A stretch of DNA of 64,000 nt from Lama glama (Eukaryota). A program made the translations under genes and the position numbers. Positions within the stretch are counted from its first letter, which is position 1; every line of letters starts with the position of its first letter. This document shows, piece after piece, positions 25,872 to 39,438 of this stretch. Under the pieces are notes generated by a model, which was given only the letters and a program-made list of their open reading frames with translations, had not been told where the DNA came from and did no database searches. The stretch spans positions 31,870,001 through 31,934,000 of the forward strand of contig CM052818.1 in the NCBI GenBank assembly GCA_028534125.1. Direction: 5' to 3'.

Positions 25872-26775
25872 TTTTTTCTTTTTTTTTTTACATTTTTTAT
25901 TGATTCATAATCATTTTACAGTGTTGTGTCAAATTCCAGTGTTCAGCACAATTTTTCATTCATGGACATATACACACTCATTGTCACATTTTTTTCTCTG
26001 TGATTTATCATAACATTTTGTGTATATTTCCCTGTGCTATACAGTGTAATCTTGTTTATCTATTCTACAATTTTGAANNNNNNNNNNNNNNNNNNNNNNN
26101 NNNNNNNNNNNNNNNNNNNNNNNNNNNNNNNNNNNNNNNNNNNNNNNNNNNNNNNNNNNNNNNNNNNNNNNNNNNNNNNNNNNNNNNNNNNNNNNNNNNN
26201 NNNNNNNNNNNNNNNNNNNNNNNNNNNNNNNNNNNNNNNNNNNNNNNNNNNNNNNNNNNNNNNNNNNNNNNNNNNNNNNNNNNNNNNNNNNNNNNNNNNN
26301 NNNNNNNNNNNNNNNNNNNNNNNNNNNNNNNNNNNNNNNNNNNNNNNNNNNNNNNNNNNNNNNNNNNNNNNNNNNNNNNNNNNNNNNNNNNNNNNNNNNN
26401 NNNNNNNNNNNNNNNNNNNNNNNNNNNNNNNNNNNNNNNNNNNNNNNNNNNNNNNNNNNNNNNNNNNNNNNNNNNNNNNNNNNNNNNNNNNNNNNNNNNN
26501 NNNNNNNNNNNNNNNNNNNNNNNNNNNNNNNNNNNNNNNNNNNNNNNNNNNNNNNNNNNNNNNNNNNNNNNNNNNNNATAATCATTTTACAGTGTTGTGT
26601 CAAATTCCAGTGTTCAGCACAATTTTTCATTCATGGACATATACACACTCATTGTCACATTTTTTTCTCTGTGATTTATCATAACATTTTGTGTATATTT
26701 CCCTGTGCTATACAGTGTAATCTTGTTTATCTATTCTACAATTTTGAAATCCCAGTCTATCCCTTCCCACCCTCT
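25872..26775 (-). mobile_element. Short young L1 3' end (true length probably about 230 bp) with a perfect 15 bp TSD; spans a gap with a falsely duplicated flank
   Basis: TSD atcatacagcttttc at 25857-25871 and 26776-26790; T-rich tail at about 25872-25889. Confidence 0.92.
26078..26577. other. Assembly gap (500 N)
   Basis: Run of N. Confidence 1.
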
Positions 26776-28299
26776 ATCATACAGCTTTTCACCAGTCAGC
26801 TCATCCTCTGATTGGCTCTGTTCTTAAATCCTTTGCACTTACAAGGCCTTTAGTTCTTCTGAATTAAGAATGTTCTGGAGACCAGTTCAGTTAATTCCTG
26901 CAATTATTTAACTATTCTGGGGTCTTTTCTTTGAAAGCATCTAGAACTTAATAAAAAAGAGAGGTAGGTAGAGATTGTGAGGTTTCGTGAAGCTTGTGTT
27001 TGAAGGTCAGTGTATCCAGCAGGCCCGTGAGTTCATTATCAGCCCTACTTAATAATACCCAATCTGGGGCTTGTAGGGTAACAGATTGCATGGTTTCTTT
27101 GGCAAGGAGGAGAGGTTAGAAGGCAGGCCACCCTACCAGATATGGATGGTTTCTCTCTGACCCAGTGAGGCAGGTGCTATCGTTTCTCAATTTGTGATTG
27201 TTTCTTTAAGGCTAATGCCAGGTTTCTGTAAGAGTTGGTCTAGCATATGCTGTGAATCAGCTATATGACTTCTGGAAAGCCACTTTTCCTCTCTCTGGTA
27301 TTCAGTTTTTCTCCTCTGTAAAACAAAGGGAATTGCTAATATCTGACTTCTAGGAGTCCATGATTCCATGACCCATGGGCTATCAATAGCATTTACTGTA
27401 GAGTAATCCCAAGCCTCTTTTTAAACATATCTTTAATTTTTACATGTCTCACAGGCTTCTTATGGTCAGGAATATAATTGGAACCATTGGTTGAGAGTTG
27501 ATTTCAGAATCAAGGGTTTTATTGCTCTTAGATGCTGGGCCTGCTCTGATTTGATTTTTCCCTCTTCACATTGCTTGTGTCTAATGGACCTGAGCTTCTC
27601 ACTGCAACATGCTCAGCCAAAGACCAGCCTTGGACTCCTATCTGTTGGGGGCTAACTGGGCAAGGGTGGGAAGACCCACATAAGAGAATGTAGTGGGTGA
27701 TCCCATGAAGCTTGTCCAGGAAATTCCATCCAGTAGGATTTAAGGGGACAGTGCAAGAGAGTTGCATAGATATATTATGGCCTTCATTCTAATTGAAAAT
27801 AACCTAGGGGATTAGTCTAGACACAAGCTTCTACTAGACCAGAGGATGCCTACAGTGGTGGTTGGCTGTAGGCTTGGTTTCTCTGGGATCTCTCTTCTGC
27901 AGTCAGGCATCGTATTCCTCAATACTTGGCTTCTACCAGCTTTCCTGAAGCCAGTGAGGTCTATGTCAAGCATTATGTGTGTTGACCAGCCACACCTCTC
28001 TGTTCCCACAATGGACTGAAAAAGGAATATGAAATATACCTATCCACAAACTGAGAGCTGAGGGGCAAAATAATCCTGGAGTTATCACATCTGGTCCCCT
28101 TTCTTCCAATGATGGTTATTTGAACTGCCCTATGATTTGGCATGGCCATTCCTATAGGCGATGAGGATATAGCTCTTCATCATAGACCTACAGCACTTAA
28201 ATCCTCTTACAGGGAAATTGGGAAGTAAATCTTAATCAGTTTTGCCCTGATTTCTTTTTTCTTTCCTAAAAAATTTTACCAAAACAGGAATGTGTAAAG

Positions 28300-29500
28300 C
28301 AGATAAGGAAATTCACCAGTAATCCTTAGAGATAACCAGCAGTATTAGTTTGAGGTACATCTCCTCAGATTTTTTTCTTTGTAGAAACATACATGTATTT
28401 GCATTTTTTAATTTATTTTACATTTGATTACATTTTCCACATCTTTAGAACATCTTTGTAAACATGATTTTAATAAATGCATAATATTTTCTGAAATAGA
28501 TATATCATAATTTGCTTAACTATTTCCTTAATGGTAGAAATTTACCCTAAACTGGATTTTATGATTATATTTTATTTATTTATTTAATATATTTTTATTG
28601 AAGTATAGTCGGTTTACAATGTGTAAATTTCTTGTGTATAGCACACTACTTCAGTCATATAGGAACATACATATATTAGTTTTCATATTTTTTAACCATA
28701 AGTTACTACAAGATATTGAATATAGTTCCCTGTGCTATACAGTATAAACCTGTTGTTCATCTGTTTTATATATAATAGTTAGTATCTATAAATCCCTAAA
28801 TTATTTTCAAATTGTTTTTTCTTTTATATTACTTGCTATTATGCATACTGCCAAATTACTTAACTAAAGGTTATTTAAATGTATACTTCCACCAGAAATG
28901 TTTGAGAATACTCAGCTCACAATACATCGTTAGTATCATTTTGCTATTATTATAGATGAAGATCATTACTACCTCATTATTATTTTATTTGAGATTCTCT
29001 GATAACCCATCAGGTTGGGTATTTACCATTTGAATTTTCTCATTTAGTGTTTTTCTGTTTGCATTCTTTGCCCATTAATCAATTGGGATCTTAGGGTTTT
29101 GTTTCATTTGTTTGTATTTTGGTATTTGTTTTTTTGCTTATAATCTTTATTGCAGATAGTGTTCATTGTCTTCTAATATTGCTTATAATTTTTTGGTATG
29201 CAATTCAGTCTATCAGTATTTTCCTTTGTAATTCCTTTGCTTTTAAATTTAGAAAGTCTTTCCTCCCAAGAAGTAAAATATACCTATATCCATATTTTCT
29301 TCTTTTTCCTTATTTGTTTTTTTTACAGTAAGCTGTTTGATCATACTGAAGTTATTTAGATGTAGGATCTTAATTGATTTTCCACTGGAACCAGTTACTC
29401 CAGTATCAATTTTTAAAAATAATCTTCTCTTCTTTACTTTTAATTCTTCTTTTAACTTTTAATAAAGTTTGTTTCTGGGCTATTTGTTCTTTTTTGTTGA
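28300..29500 (-). mobile_element. Ancient degenerate L1 (L1ME-like), interrupted by a younger L1 3' end
   Basis: 'tatacttcccaccagaaatgtttgagaatac', 'ttctttgcccatt', 'tttagaaagtctttcc', 'tttgtttctgggctatttgttct'. Confidence 0.6.
28575..28795 (-). mobile_element. Short L1 3' end (same 3' UTR type as 5100-5270)
   Basis: 'tttttattgaagtatagtcggtttacaatg...caagatattgaatatagttccctgtgctatacag'. Confidence 0.88.
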
Positions 29501-29684
29501 TCTCTTGTTAGGAGTACTGTTGGGAATATTAGGCAACTACTGGGTCAAGAGACAGAGAAACAAATTAATCTTACCTTAGCCTAACCACCTCTCCTCCCTG
29601 TGAGGTGCCTAAAGAAGGCATGTATATACACAGGGAACAAGCAGATTAATATACTCTTTTGTTACTCAACACTCTAATATGGAT

Positions 29685-30215
29685 GCTTCAGTTATCTCTT
29701 GCTGCATAACAAACTACTCAAACTTTGAGGCATAAAACAGCCACTTTATTATGCCCATGGGTTTTACGAGTCAAAAATTGGAAGGGGCACTGCAAGGATG
29801 TCTTATTTCTGCTCCACAATATCTGAGGCCTCAGTTGGGAAGACTCAAAGACTGGGAGAGACTTGATGGCCGGGGGCTGGGATCATCTGAAAATTTGTTT
29901 ACTCATCTGACTAGTGATTGGTGATGGCTGTCAGCTGGGACCTCAGCTGGGGCTGCCAACAAGCATACCTACTTGTAGTCCCTCCATGTGGCTATTTGGG
30001 CTTCCTCACAATGTGGTGGCTGGGTTCCAAGAGTGAGTGTCCCCAGGAGAGCCAGGCAGATGGTTTACTACCTTTTATGGCTCAGCATCAGAAGTTATAT
30101 AGGATCATTTCTGCCATAGTCTCAAACCTGTCCAGATTCAAGGTGATGGAAGAGGTGTCAAAGTCGCATTATAAGGAAAGCAGGTGGAATGGGAGATACT
30201 ATTGTGGCCATCTTT
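29685..30215 (-). mobile_element. MaLR solo LTR (MLT1H/G-like)
   Basis: 'cagttatctcttgctgcataacaaactactcaaact...ggctgtcagctgggacctcagctgggg...gggcttcctcacaatgtggtggctgggttccaagag'. Confidence 0.82.
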
Positions 30216-30239
30216 GGATGAAGTAAATTGTCAGAGCAG

Positions 30240-30640
30240 GAACCTTAGAATACTTCCCCTTCTTGATAGTCTCTTCCTTCAGATATCCACATGGTTCTCT
30301 GCCTCCTATTGACTTCAAATATTTGCTCAAAGCCACTTTCTTAGTGAGGCCTCTCCTTACCACCCTTTTTAAACTTGACCTTGCCCACAACCTGGAACTC
30401 TCTTATTGCCCTTCCTTGCTTTATTTTTCCTTCACTAACACTTATTATTTAACATGCAGTCTAGCTGATTAGTTTGTTATGTTTTTATTTGTTGTCTGTT
30501 TCTTTTCTGTAGAATATAGACTTCACAAAGGCAGAATCTTTGTCTGTTAGTGTTCATGGATGTCTGTCTTGTAAGTGCCCAGCACAGTGACTGGTATCTA
30601 GTAGTGCTCAGAATTATTGAATGAATAAATAGATGAATGA
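30240..30640 (+). mobile_element. L2 LINE 3' end
   Basis: 'cttagtgaggcctctcc...gtgcccagcacagtgactggtatctagtagtgctcag...gaatgaataaatagatgaatga'. Confidence 0.8.
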
Positions 30641-33600
30641 AGGGCAGGGACCCCTGTCCTCTTCTTTCTCGTGGCCACCTTCCTTCTTGGGGCTCCTTCT
30701 GAAGCCAGAAGAGACAATCAGCCCATCTGCTTTCCTTCCTTTTCCTTTTCCTGGTTTCTGGAATACTTTCTCCCACCTTCCTGCTCTAACTCTGTAGCCT
30801 TTCTGCTCACCACTCCCTCCTTAATGGCTGATCCTCAGTCTGTTCCTGCTGAAGTGTGAGGAGTACTCTTCAGGCTCTGAGCCTCCTAGGTCTGTATACC
30901 TGCTCCTGCCACCCTTGTTCTCCATCTGATTCTGCATGGCCTTTGTCTTCTCTGTCCTCACCCCACAGTGGGAAGTGAAGGCACTGCTATCTGGGCAGCT
31001 GCCCATTCCTCCATCCTCACCAACTGTGGCTGTGTCATCTTCCACCACACTGTTCACTCAAGCAGTGCAAGGACACGTTGTCCTCAGGACAACCCTGGGA
31101 GGCAGGAAGGCCAAGTATGGAAGCCCCCATTTGCAGATGAGGAAATTGAAGAGCCAGTGTAGTAAACGAGCTTGCCGAGATTACAGAGAATAGTAGCTAG
31201 AGCTAAGACGCCTTGGCTTGGAGTCTATGCATCTCCACTTACAGGCCTCAGTTTCCTTTTAACGTGGTGACTCTTTGTGATTCTGGGCCACTTCTCAGTC
31301 TGTGTTTCAGTTTTCCCAAAAGGGAATTACAAAACATCCTAAGTTGTAAAGCAATTGTAAGCCCTCAGGTGGTCAGGGACAAAACAGCATTGTTACAATT
31401 CATGAATCAGTTGAGTATCATGAACATCGCAACAAAATGGCTGAATACCTCTTTAGGACAAGTGAACCTTGTAATTTGATCAAATTACCTTCCAGAAATA
31501 CTATTAAGAAGTTACATACTGAGCAAATGACAGTTTTGGTTATGGTATTTCTACTCTAGCTACCTTCACTCTGGAGAACATTTTGACAGTCTACTAATAT
31601 ATTTTTTAAGGACTAAACTTCCTTGAAGGAATGTGAGGATGCAAGAAAATAACTATTCTGCCTTTTTTGACATGCTTATTTGAGCTCTGGGCCTCGCTAA
31701 AATGGGGACTGTTTTCTAGAAGGTTCTCCTTCAACCTGTCATTCTGCTGTTGTGTAGTGGGGTATTCTGCAGAATGGGGAGCAGGCTGCAGGCTTTCTTT
31801 ATACAACTATATTAATCTTTCTACCACCTTGGAAACTGTCTTCCAGTGCCAGCCAGATAATGAATTTCGCCCTTTAAATCTTGAGCCAGTGTATGTATTT
31901 TAGCCAAAAGATGGAAACTGACTTGTTGGTAAGTGGCAAGAATGCCTAGGAATGCAGTTTTGACAGGTGCCCTGGGCGTCTGGTGTACACAGCCGTCAGT
32001 GAACTGTAGATCAAAGAGAGCAGGCACAGAGAACCCCAGAGAGCCTCACTGGGGTGCCTGGTGCACTGGTCTTGCCCACATGGCTGTTGTAAGACTTTCA
32101 GATTTTCAAACAGGTGACTTGTACTCTATGTGGCATATTTTCAATAGGCCTTTGAGGACTTTTTCCTTCAGTCCCTTCTGTGTTTCAGTTTCCCTCAACC
32201 CCTTTAATCACGGAGTTCTTTTCATCTGCCAACTCTGATTCCTCCTCATGTAGGTTCTCTTTAGTCATAGCTAGTCCCTGGTAAATCTGCACATCATAGT
32301 GATCAGCCTGGGGCATAGGGATGTAGCTCATAAGTTTAGCCTGTAAATAGAACTGGAGTTTAAGCTCCTTATTACCATAGAAATTAAAAATTATTCCACT
32401 TCCACGTAGGTTTGGTCCTTAGACAATGTCCACTAAACTTGCCAACTCCTAGCGGACTGTGAAAGCCTTGTGCATGCCTTACACTGAGCCCCTCTGTGAA
32501 AGGTGGCAGATGCTGCCAGCTCCCCTGCTCAAGGCCCCCAATGTATTCTGCATCACGTTGTCAAATGCTGCTCTGTAGACATGGATGGATTTCACTGCCC
32601 TTCCTTTCACTGCAGTTACCAGAGAGTCAGGGGCAGTGAGTTCAGTTCCTAGAGCTGGGGTGGAGATGAGAGATGATGTGGAGGAGGAAGACCCCATCTC
32701 CTCAGGATCAGGGTGGCCTCATTCCACTTCTTGAGGAGCGAGAGGAGACCCCTCTGCAGCATTTAGCTGGTCAGAGTCAGCCTGCATTTCTCCCTTGCTT
32801 TCTCCTACACCTTTGTCTTTCTCTGCCCTGAGAAAGACATTGATGTTGCTGTGGCTCTAATAGAAGTGGAAGCAACTGCTTAGTTTTAAAAAGTAAGGAA
32901 CTAATTCCCTGCCAAGCATCAGGCTAGTTGCCAAGGATACAATGCTGAACAGACTGGTCCCTGCCCTCAGTGACCTATAGGCACTGGGGAGAGAGACCTT
33001 GGGCATCCAGAGACCTGGTTTCAAGTTCTGAGTCCTCTCTTACTGGCAATACGACTCTGGGCAATAGTAATGATATCAGTGACAGTAATAACTTTTATTT
33101 TGGAGCACTATGTGCCAGGCAGAATGTTAAGTGATTTCACACACATTACCTGTATAAGTCAAATTGCCTTTTCAACTTTCAGTTTCTATGTACTAGACAG
33201 ACTTTTTGTCAGCCCAGCTCCTCCTCCACCATTACCACCACCCTTACCTCCACCATAGCCATGGTCATGTGATCTAGAGATGGTTGTGTGAGCAAATACG
33301 GGCTTACAGTTTCTTATCTTGGAATCTGGGGACAGGAGTGAATTGTGTCAGAAGAGAGAGAGGAAGAATGTGAATCTCTGAGTCTCTAGGTGTGTGGATT
33401 GTTACACATCAAACTGAGGAGCAGCTAAGAAGCAGAGGAAGTCAGTTCACACATGAGAAACAAAGCAGACTGGCAGAAAGGTAAAGACTAAAGAAGATGA
33501 GAGGGGTTGTGGGGGCTCCCCAGGCCCAAGTGCAGTGTGCTCTGGATACCCAGCTATTTGCCTGTTCTTGGGCCCTCTGAAATAGCTTGAGTCCTGGCAA

Positions 33601-33764
33601 AATCTTCCCTTCTTGGCTGGAGTGAGTATGAACTGGCTCCTTAGCCATTGTAACACATTTGTTTTATGCAAAGGGGAATTGTTGTCAAAATTAAATGAAA
33701 CCATGTGTCTGAAGATGCTTTAAAAACTATAAGGATTTATTTAAAGTGCCTGGGACTTTTGGAC

Positions 33765-33805
33765 GATGAGGATGACTGTGATGATAGTGATGATGATGAT
33801 GATTA
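33765..33805 (+). repeat. Imperfect (GAT)n microsatellite
   Basis: Seen directly. Confidence 0.7.
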
Positions 33806-34749
33806 CTGTCATATAATGAAGGACAAGTTCAGTTCTCTATAGGATGTGAGATGAGGAGAATTTTCCAGTAGAGATCAAATGATGCTGGTATCACCTGTTG
33901 TTGGGTGGAGTAGACCTGGATTTGGTACTGGACCCACTGGCTTCCAGGATGACTTAGCTGATCTAGAAGTTTGAGTTTGGTGAGGATGAAGCTTAAGCCA
34001 GGGTAGCAGCTGTGTTCCTTCTTGAAAGAGTCCCAGGAAATATTTCCTTAGATCTGCCAGAAAGGGTCTCCCTTTCGCCCAAGAAAGGGAGGGTCTGTTT
34101 CCTCATTCCACCCCTGGCAACTCTAACTCGAACTTCACTATTTTGAAATAGCTCTGGCCAGCTGCTTGGTAAGAGTAGGGGGCTAGATAGCAATCTCACT
34201 GAGTGCATGTTCCCTGAGCATATCAGTTTAGGGTGGCAAATAGGTCACGGCCATGTTGGTGTCATTGAGTCAGACATCAGCTATTAATTTAATTGTCAGC
34301 AGCAGAGTTCTTGGACTGACAGAGACAAATCCATTGAACTCAGTAGCATCAGGCCAGAGTATGGCTGGGAGGACCTGGCTGACACTCTGACACCTTTGAT
34401 GGATATCAGTCCTGCTTGATCTCTAGTGTCCTTCAGTGTTGAGGACAGGAGGTGTTTGTCATGAAGATGTGACTCACATGAACTGCTGGTTCTATATACA
34501 TCTATTCTAGAAAAAAACACTGTCATTTCTCCAAAGAATGGGACATGTCCTCTGGAACTACAAACTGTCCCATCATTAGAGACACCCTGGCACCTGAGAC
34601 CAATATAGAGAATTGTGAAGCATGATCTTTTCCTTCCATACAATGCATTTAATCTCTTTTATTTTCCTTGTGTTCTCTTCCCCTTATCCCCATGGCATTA
34701 AATGAGAGAAAATATGTGGGAAAATACCATGCAAATGCATTCATTTTAT

Positions 34750-35160
34750 CACCCATTCACTCATTTATTCAACACATACGTATTGACTATGTGCCAGGCA
34801 CTGTATTAGGACTTACCAATGCAATGGAAACAGATATTCGGTATCATGGGACTTGCATTCTAGGAGCAGAAACAGACAAAAACCTACACAGAAGAGCAAT
34901 GGAAATAATCTTGTACTGAAGTGAGTATTTGGGAGGAAATAAACCAGGGCAGAGGTAGAGAAAGATAGAAAGGATCTACTTAGTTAGGGAGGCAAAGGAG
35001 GACTCCTTTGCCAGGAACCAAAAGAAAAGAAGGAACCTGCACTACTAGAGAGGAGCATTTTAGATAGAAGAGACAGTGTGGGCAAAGGCCAATGCAGAAG
35101 AACCAGATGTGTTCAAGATGTGGAATATGGCCAGTGTAACTGCAGCGTGGCAAATGAAGG
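34750..35160 (-). mobile_element. L2 LINE 3' fragment
   Basis: 'cattcactcatttattcaacacatacgtattgactatgtgccaggcactgtattagg'. Confidence 0.7.
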
Positions 35161-35179
35161 GAGGGCTGGCATGTATGGG

Positions 35180-35370
35180 TAGCCAGCAGGGAGAACACAG
35201 ACTCTGGAGTCAGATACAATGGGTTTGAATCCCAGCTCTGTCCATGAACTAACTGAATGATCTTGGGCAGGCACTTAACCACTCTGTACCTCAGTTTTCT
35301 TATCTGGAAAATGGGGACAATAGTATTTATATCTTGGGTTATCATAATGATGAAATGGGATAAAGCATTG
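35180..35370 (+). mobile_element. MIR SINE
   Basis: 'actctggagtcaga...gggtttgaatcccagctctg...cttgggcaggcacttaaccactctgtacctcagttttcttatctggaaaatgggg'. Confidence 0.88.
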
Positions 35371-35371
35371 A

Positions 35372-35780
35372 TTTTGTCCAAGTCTTCTAAGAAGCAGATG
35401 CCAAGGCAAAATTAGGTGTGCAGCAGATTAATTGGGAGAAAGGTCTTGAAGGAAAAAATGTGAGGGAGGGTCTTCAGATCTCCAGGCAGGTCTGACACCT
35501 TCAGAGAAGAGCAGAAGGAAGGTATTTCAAGAAAGATTTGGCCAGGCTGTAAGGGAGCCCTTGAGCTAATTATGTTTATTGGAAGAATCTCACAACTCAC
35601 AGGATTGGCTGAAGAGTGGTATCACTGCTTTGCCCATTCATTGGCTGGGAACTAGCGAGGCAGAAGCATGGTTTTGCTGTGGACTCCTTGGAGCCAGAGG
35701 GATGGCTGCCAGGGGTGTTGGTCGACTGTGCTCCTGCAGCAGGATATAAGAGCAGTCCATTTTCATGGCTGCTAACAGGG
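35372..35780 (-). mobile_element. ERVL solo LTR (LTR16-like)
   Basis: 'gtccaagtcttctaagaagcagatgccaag...cattcattggctggga' resembles a reversed LTR16. Confidence 0.55.
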
Positions 35781-36407
35781 TATTCTTAGTAGACCCTCTG
35801 TTACATGAAAGTTGTTAAAATTAAGTGTAGATTTTGTTAAAAAATTATTATTACCAAGAAATTTTAACAATTACTGCTGTTATCTTATCCTTGTTTTCTT
35901 GATTCCTTTTATTTTCTTTTTCTCCTCTGCCTTGCCTGTTCCTTAGCTAGCTGGTAGAACCTCTGGATATTACTCACACTCATGGTCAAGGAGGGAGTTC
36001 CTAACTCGAGACAGCAGTCAGTTGCTGTATGGTGGGGTTTGAGAGATACCCATAAAATTACTTTTTCTTAAAAAAAAAAACCTATCACATTACCACTGCA
36101 GTTACACTGGCCTTTGGATAAGCCTCAGATGACAACTTCCAAGGGGAAGATTTCAAAGGCTTATCCTTATAGTTCTTTCTCTTGGTTCTTTTCAACCATT
36201 TGGAAGCACTCAATATTGTTTAACTGCTCCTTGAAGTTCTCCCCTTCTTTTTCATGGGTCCATATTGTTCAGAGTCTTGTGCTAACCCATTTCCCCTTCT
36301 TTTAGTCCATATTTGTATTTTCTGCTGACTTCTCTTCTTCCTCCCATTTTCTGGGAACGCTAAGGCTCTCTTAACACCTTTTCCCTCAGAAATCTCCCAT
36401 GACTTCA

Positions 36408-36818
36408 ACTAGTGACAGTTTTATGTCTTCCTTTCTGATTTGGATGCCTTTTGTTTCTTTTTCTTAGCTAATTTCTCTGGTTAGGACTTCCAATACTATG
36501 TTGAATAAGAGTGGTGAGGGTGGGCATCCTTGTCTTGTTCTTGTTCAGAAGAAAAGCTTTTAACTTTTCGCTGTTGAGTATGATACTAGCTGTGGGCTTG
36601 TCATATATGGCTTTATTATATTGTGGTACCGTCTCTCTGTACCCAGTATGTTGAGAGCTTTTATCATAAATAGATGTTGAATTTTGTCAAATGCTTTTTA
36701 TGCATCTATTGAGATGATCGTATGATTTTTATCCTTCATTTTGTTAATGTGGTATATCTTACTGATTGATTTGGGAATGTTAAACTATCTTCCATCCCTG
36801 GAATAAAATCCTCTTTGA
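36408..36818 (-). mobile_element. Internal L1 ORF2 (RT region) fragment
   Basis: 'aggacttccaatactatgttgaataagagtggtgagggtgggcatccttgtcttgttc' is the reverse strand of [18 protein letters not shown]. The reverse of ISIDA and IPGM is also present. Confidence 0.9.
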
Positions 36819-37833
36819 TTTTTAATGGTGTCTGAGCTAGGAATATGAATGTCAAAGTCAATATGCCTAATTTTTATCTCTTCCAAGCTTCATACCACGT
36901 GTTTCAACTTTCCTATGGTCTTTTCTCCTGAAAGTCCTCCTGTTAACTTAATCTCAGCATAACCAAACCATCTTCTCCTACCCCAACCTTTTCCCACCTC
37001 TGGAAATCTGTTTACTCAGATTTCCTGTTTACTCAGTCTGAAAATCAGGTCATTTCCATCTTCTTGGTACTCAGGCTTGAAATTTGGGGTACATGTGTGA
37101 CTTTTCTGTCTCCTTCTCCTCCTCTTCCACGCACCTCTGAGTCATCTATTTATTTTTTTTCACAAGTGATCATTTTCTTCTCTTCAGCTTCTCTGCCATT
37201 GTCTTAATTCAGGTTCTCTCCTTCCTGCCATGACCTCCTCCCTGGTCTTTTTGCTGCCTACCCCCGATTCCTCCATTTATTTGAAATCTTCTATTGATTA
37301 TTTAACATATATGGGTGAAGCCAATGTTTTGAAGTCGTTGAAAACAACTTCAGCGGCTTGCGACCTTCTTTACACACATCACTTATGCATAGGTCTGGTT
37401 TTCAAGTGAGAACAGAGGTCAACTTCAGCTCCAAAGTCTTTCTTTCATGTCCAGTCTGACTCCCATCCCAGACCTGACCATTTGCAGAATAAATGCTGTC
37501 TCTACCTGACCTGCCAGACACTGCATTTTCTTGTCACGCCTCTTTTCATCTACAGGGGGTGCTGTCCCCAGTGCATGGCCCCTTTAGGGGAACATGGCCC
37601 CTCTGCATTCCACCCTACCCGCTCAAGTTGTTAAAGAAGACATAGTGCCCATTTCCTGTGAATGTCTGAAAGTTCAACTTGCATCAGACCCATTTTCTGT
37701 GTAGCCCACTGTTTGCACATAAGAGATAACTTTGTGAAAGGGTTAGTTCAACTTTTGGGTCTCAATTATTACCTCAGGAGATGTTCCTCATCCTTAATTA
37801 GATGCTGTTATCCATAAAATGTTAGAGCTCCTA

Positions 37834-38262
37834 TGATTCCACTTATATAACATAATTGAAATGACAAAATTATAGAGCTGGAGAACAGATTAGTGGGTGT
37901 TGTGGATGGGGCAGATGGGAGGTGGGTGTGGTTATAAAAGGGCAATGCAAGAGATCCTCGTGGTAGAAATGTTCTGTACCTTGACTGGTGGTAGTGGATA
38001 TAGGACCTAACACATTTGATAAAACTGCATAGAACTAAACACACACACACGTACATCACACACAAGTACAAATAAAAATGGAGAAATCTGACTAAGATTG
38101 CTGGACAGTGTTGTTATCAGTATCCGGTTGTGCTGTTGTTAGTTATGCAAGATACTACCTTGAGGGAGACAGGGTAAAAGGTACACAACAGGTTCTCTCA
38201 TTATTTCTTACAACTGCATGTGAATCTGCATTTACCTCAAGATAAAATGTTTAATTAAAAAA
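37834..38262 (+). mobile_element. L1MC-type 3' end with a degenerate TSD
   Basis: 'tgattccacttatataac...gagaacagattagtgg...tcttacaactgcatgtgaatct...taaaatgtttaattaaaaaaa'. Flanks aaaatgttagagctccta (37816-37833) / aaaatgttagcattccta (38260-38277). Confidence 0.85.
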
Positions 38263-39438
38263 ATGTTAGCATTCCTAGTTCTAATCCTCAATGGTATTTG
38301 TTGAACTGAACCATTTATTCCTTCAGCCAATTCTGCATCTTGGGAGTAATAATTTCATGGGGTTTTGTTCACTTTAATTAGAGAATGTTTCCACTTACTT
38401 TTCAAAATGTACTTCTGACTTCAGCTTCTCCAGTGTTCTTCATATTCTTATAATTAGTGATTTTGTAGACATCACTCATATCTTACTTGGTGCTCTCACC
38501 TATGGACTGAAGAATCCCAATAATTTTAGAGCAACCTCGGTGTCTCTTTGATTGTTTAAACTGTTCTCTAGTTCCTTGCCTGTGAATTTTTTTTTTTACA
38601 TTTTTTTGAGTAGTAGTCATTTTACAATGTTGTGTCAAATTCTAGTGTAGAGCACAATTTTCCAGTTATACATGAATATATATATATTCATTGTCACATT
38701 TTTTTTTTTGCTATGAGCTACCACAAGATCTTGTATAGTTTTCCCTGTGCTATACAGTATAATCTTGTTTATCTATTCTGCATTTTAAAATCCCAGTCTG
38801 TCCTTTCCCACCCCCTTGGCAACCACAAGTTTGTATTCTATGTCTATGAGTCTGTTTCTGCTTTGTATTTATGGTTTTTTTTTGATTCCTCATATAAGCG
38901 ATCTCATATGGTATTTTTCTTTCTCTTTCTGGCTTACTTCACTTAGAATGACATTCTCCAGGAACATCCATGTTGTTGCAAAAGGCATTATGTTGTCGGT
39001 TTTTGTGGCTGAATAGTATTCCATCATATAAATATACCACATCTTCTTTATTCAGTCATCTATTGATGGACATCTAGGCTGCTTCCATATCTTGGCTATT
39101 GTAAATAATGCTTCTATGAACATTGGGGTGCAGGTGTCATTTTGAAGTAGGGTTCCTTCTGAATATATGCCCAGGAGTGGGATTCCTGGGTCATGTGGTA
39201 AGTCTATTCCTAGTCTTTTGAGGAATCTCCATACTGTTTTCCACAGTGGCTTTCCTTGCTTCCCTCTCCCACTCTTAATGATTTAGATGTCTTCTTTTAC
39301 AATTTTGTGTGTATTCTTTTTGTAATTCATGGCAGCTGTCTCCTTTCCAGTTGTGAGTTTCTCATTTTTGTAGCATCCTGCTTCTTTTCTGTTTAGAGTA
39401 GACTTGTCAATATTTCTTTTAGCATGGGTTTGGTGATG

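Noticed and set aside
26000..26684. Long ORFs of 193-216 aa
   Set aside because: They are almost entirely X residues from the 500-N gap.
34478..34593. Minus-strand exon-like segment (acceptor ggtctcag, donor gtgagt) with one open frame
   Set aside because: The peptide (CQGVSNDGTVCSSRGHVPFFG...) is unrecognisable and has no partner exons. Such sites occur by chance.
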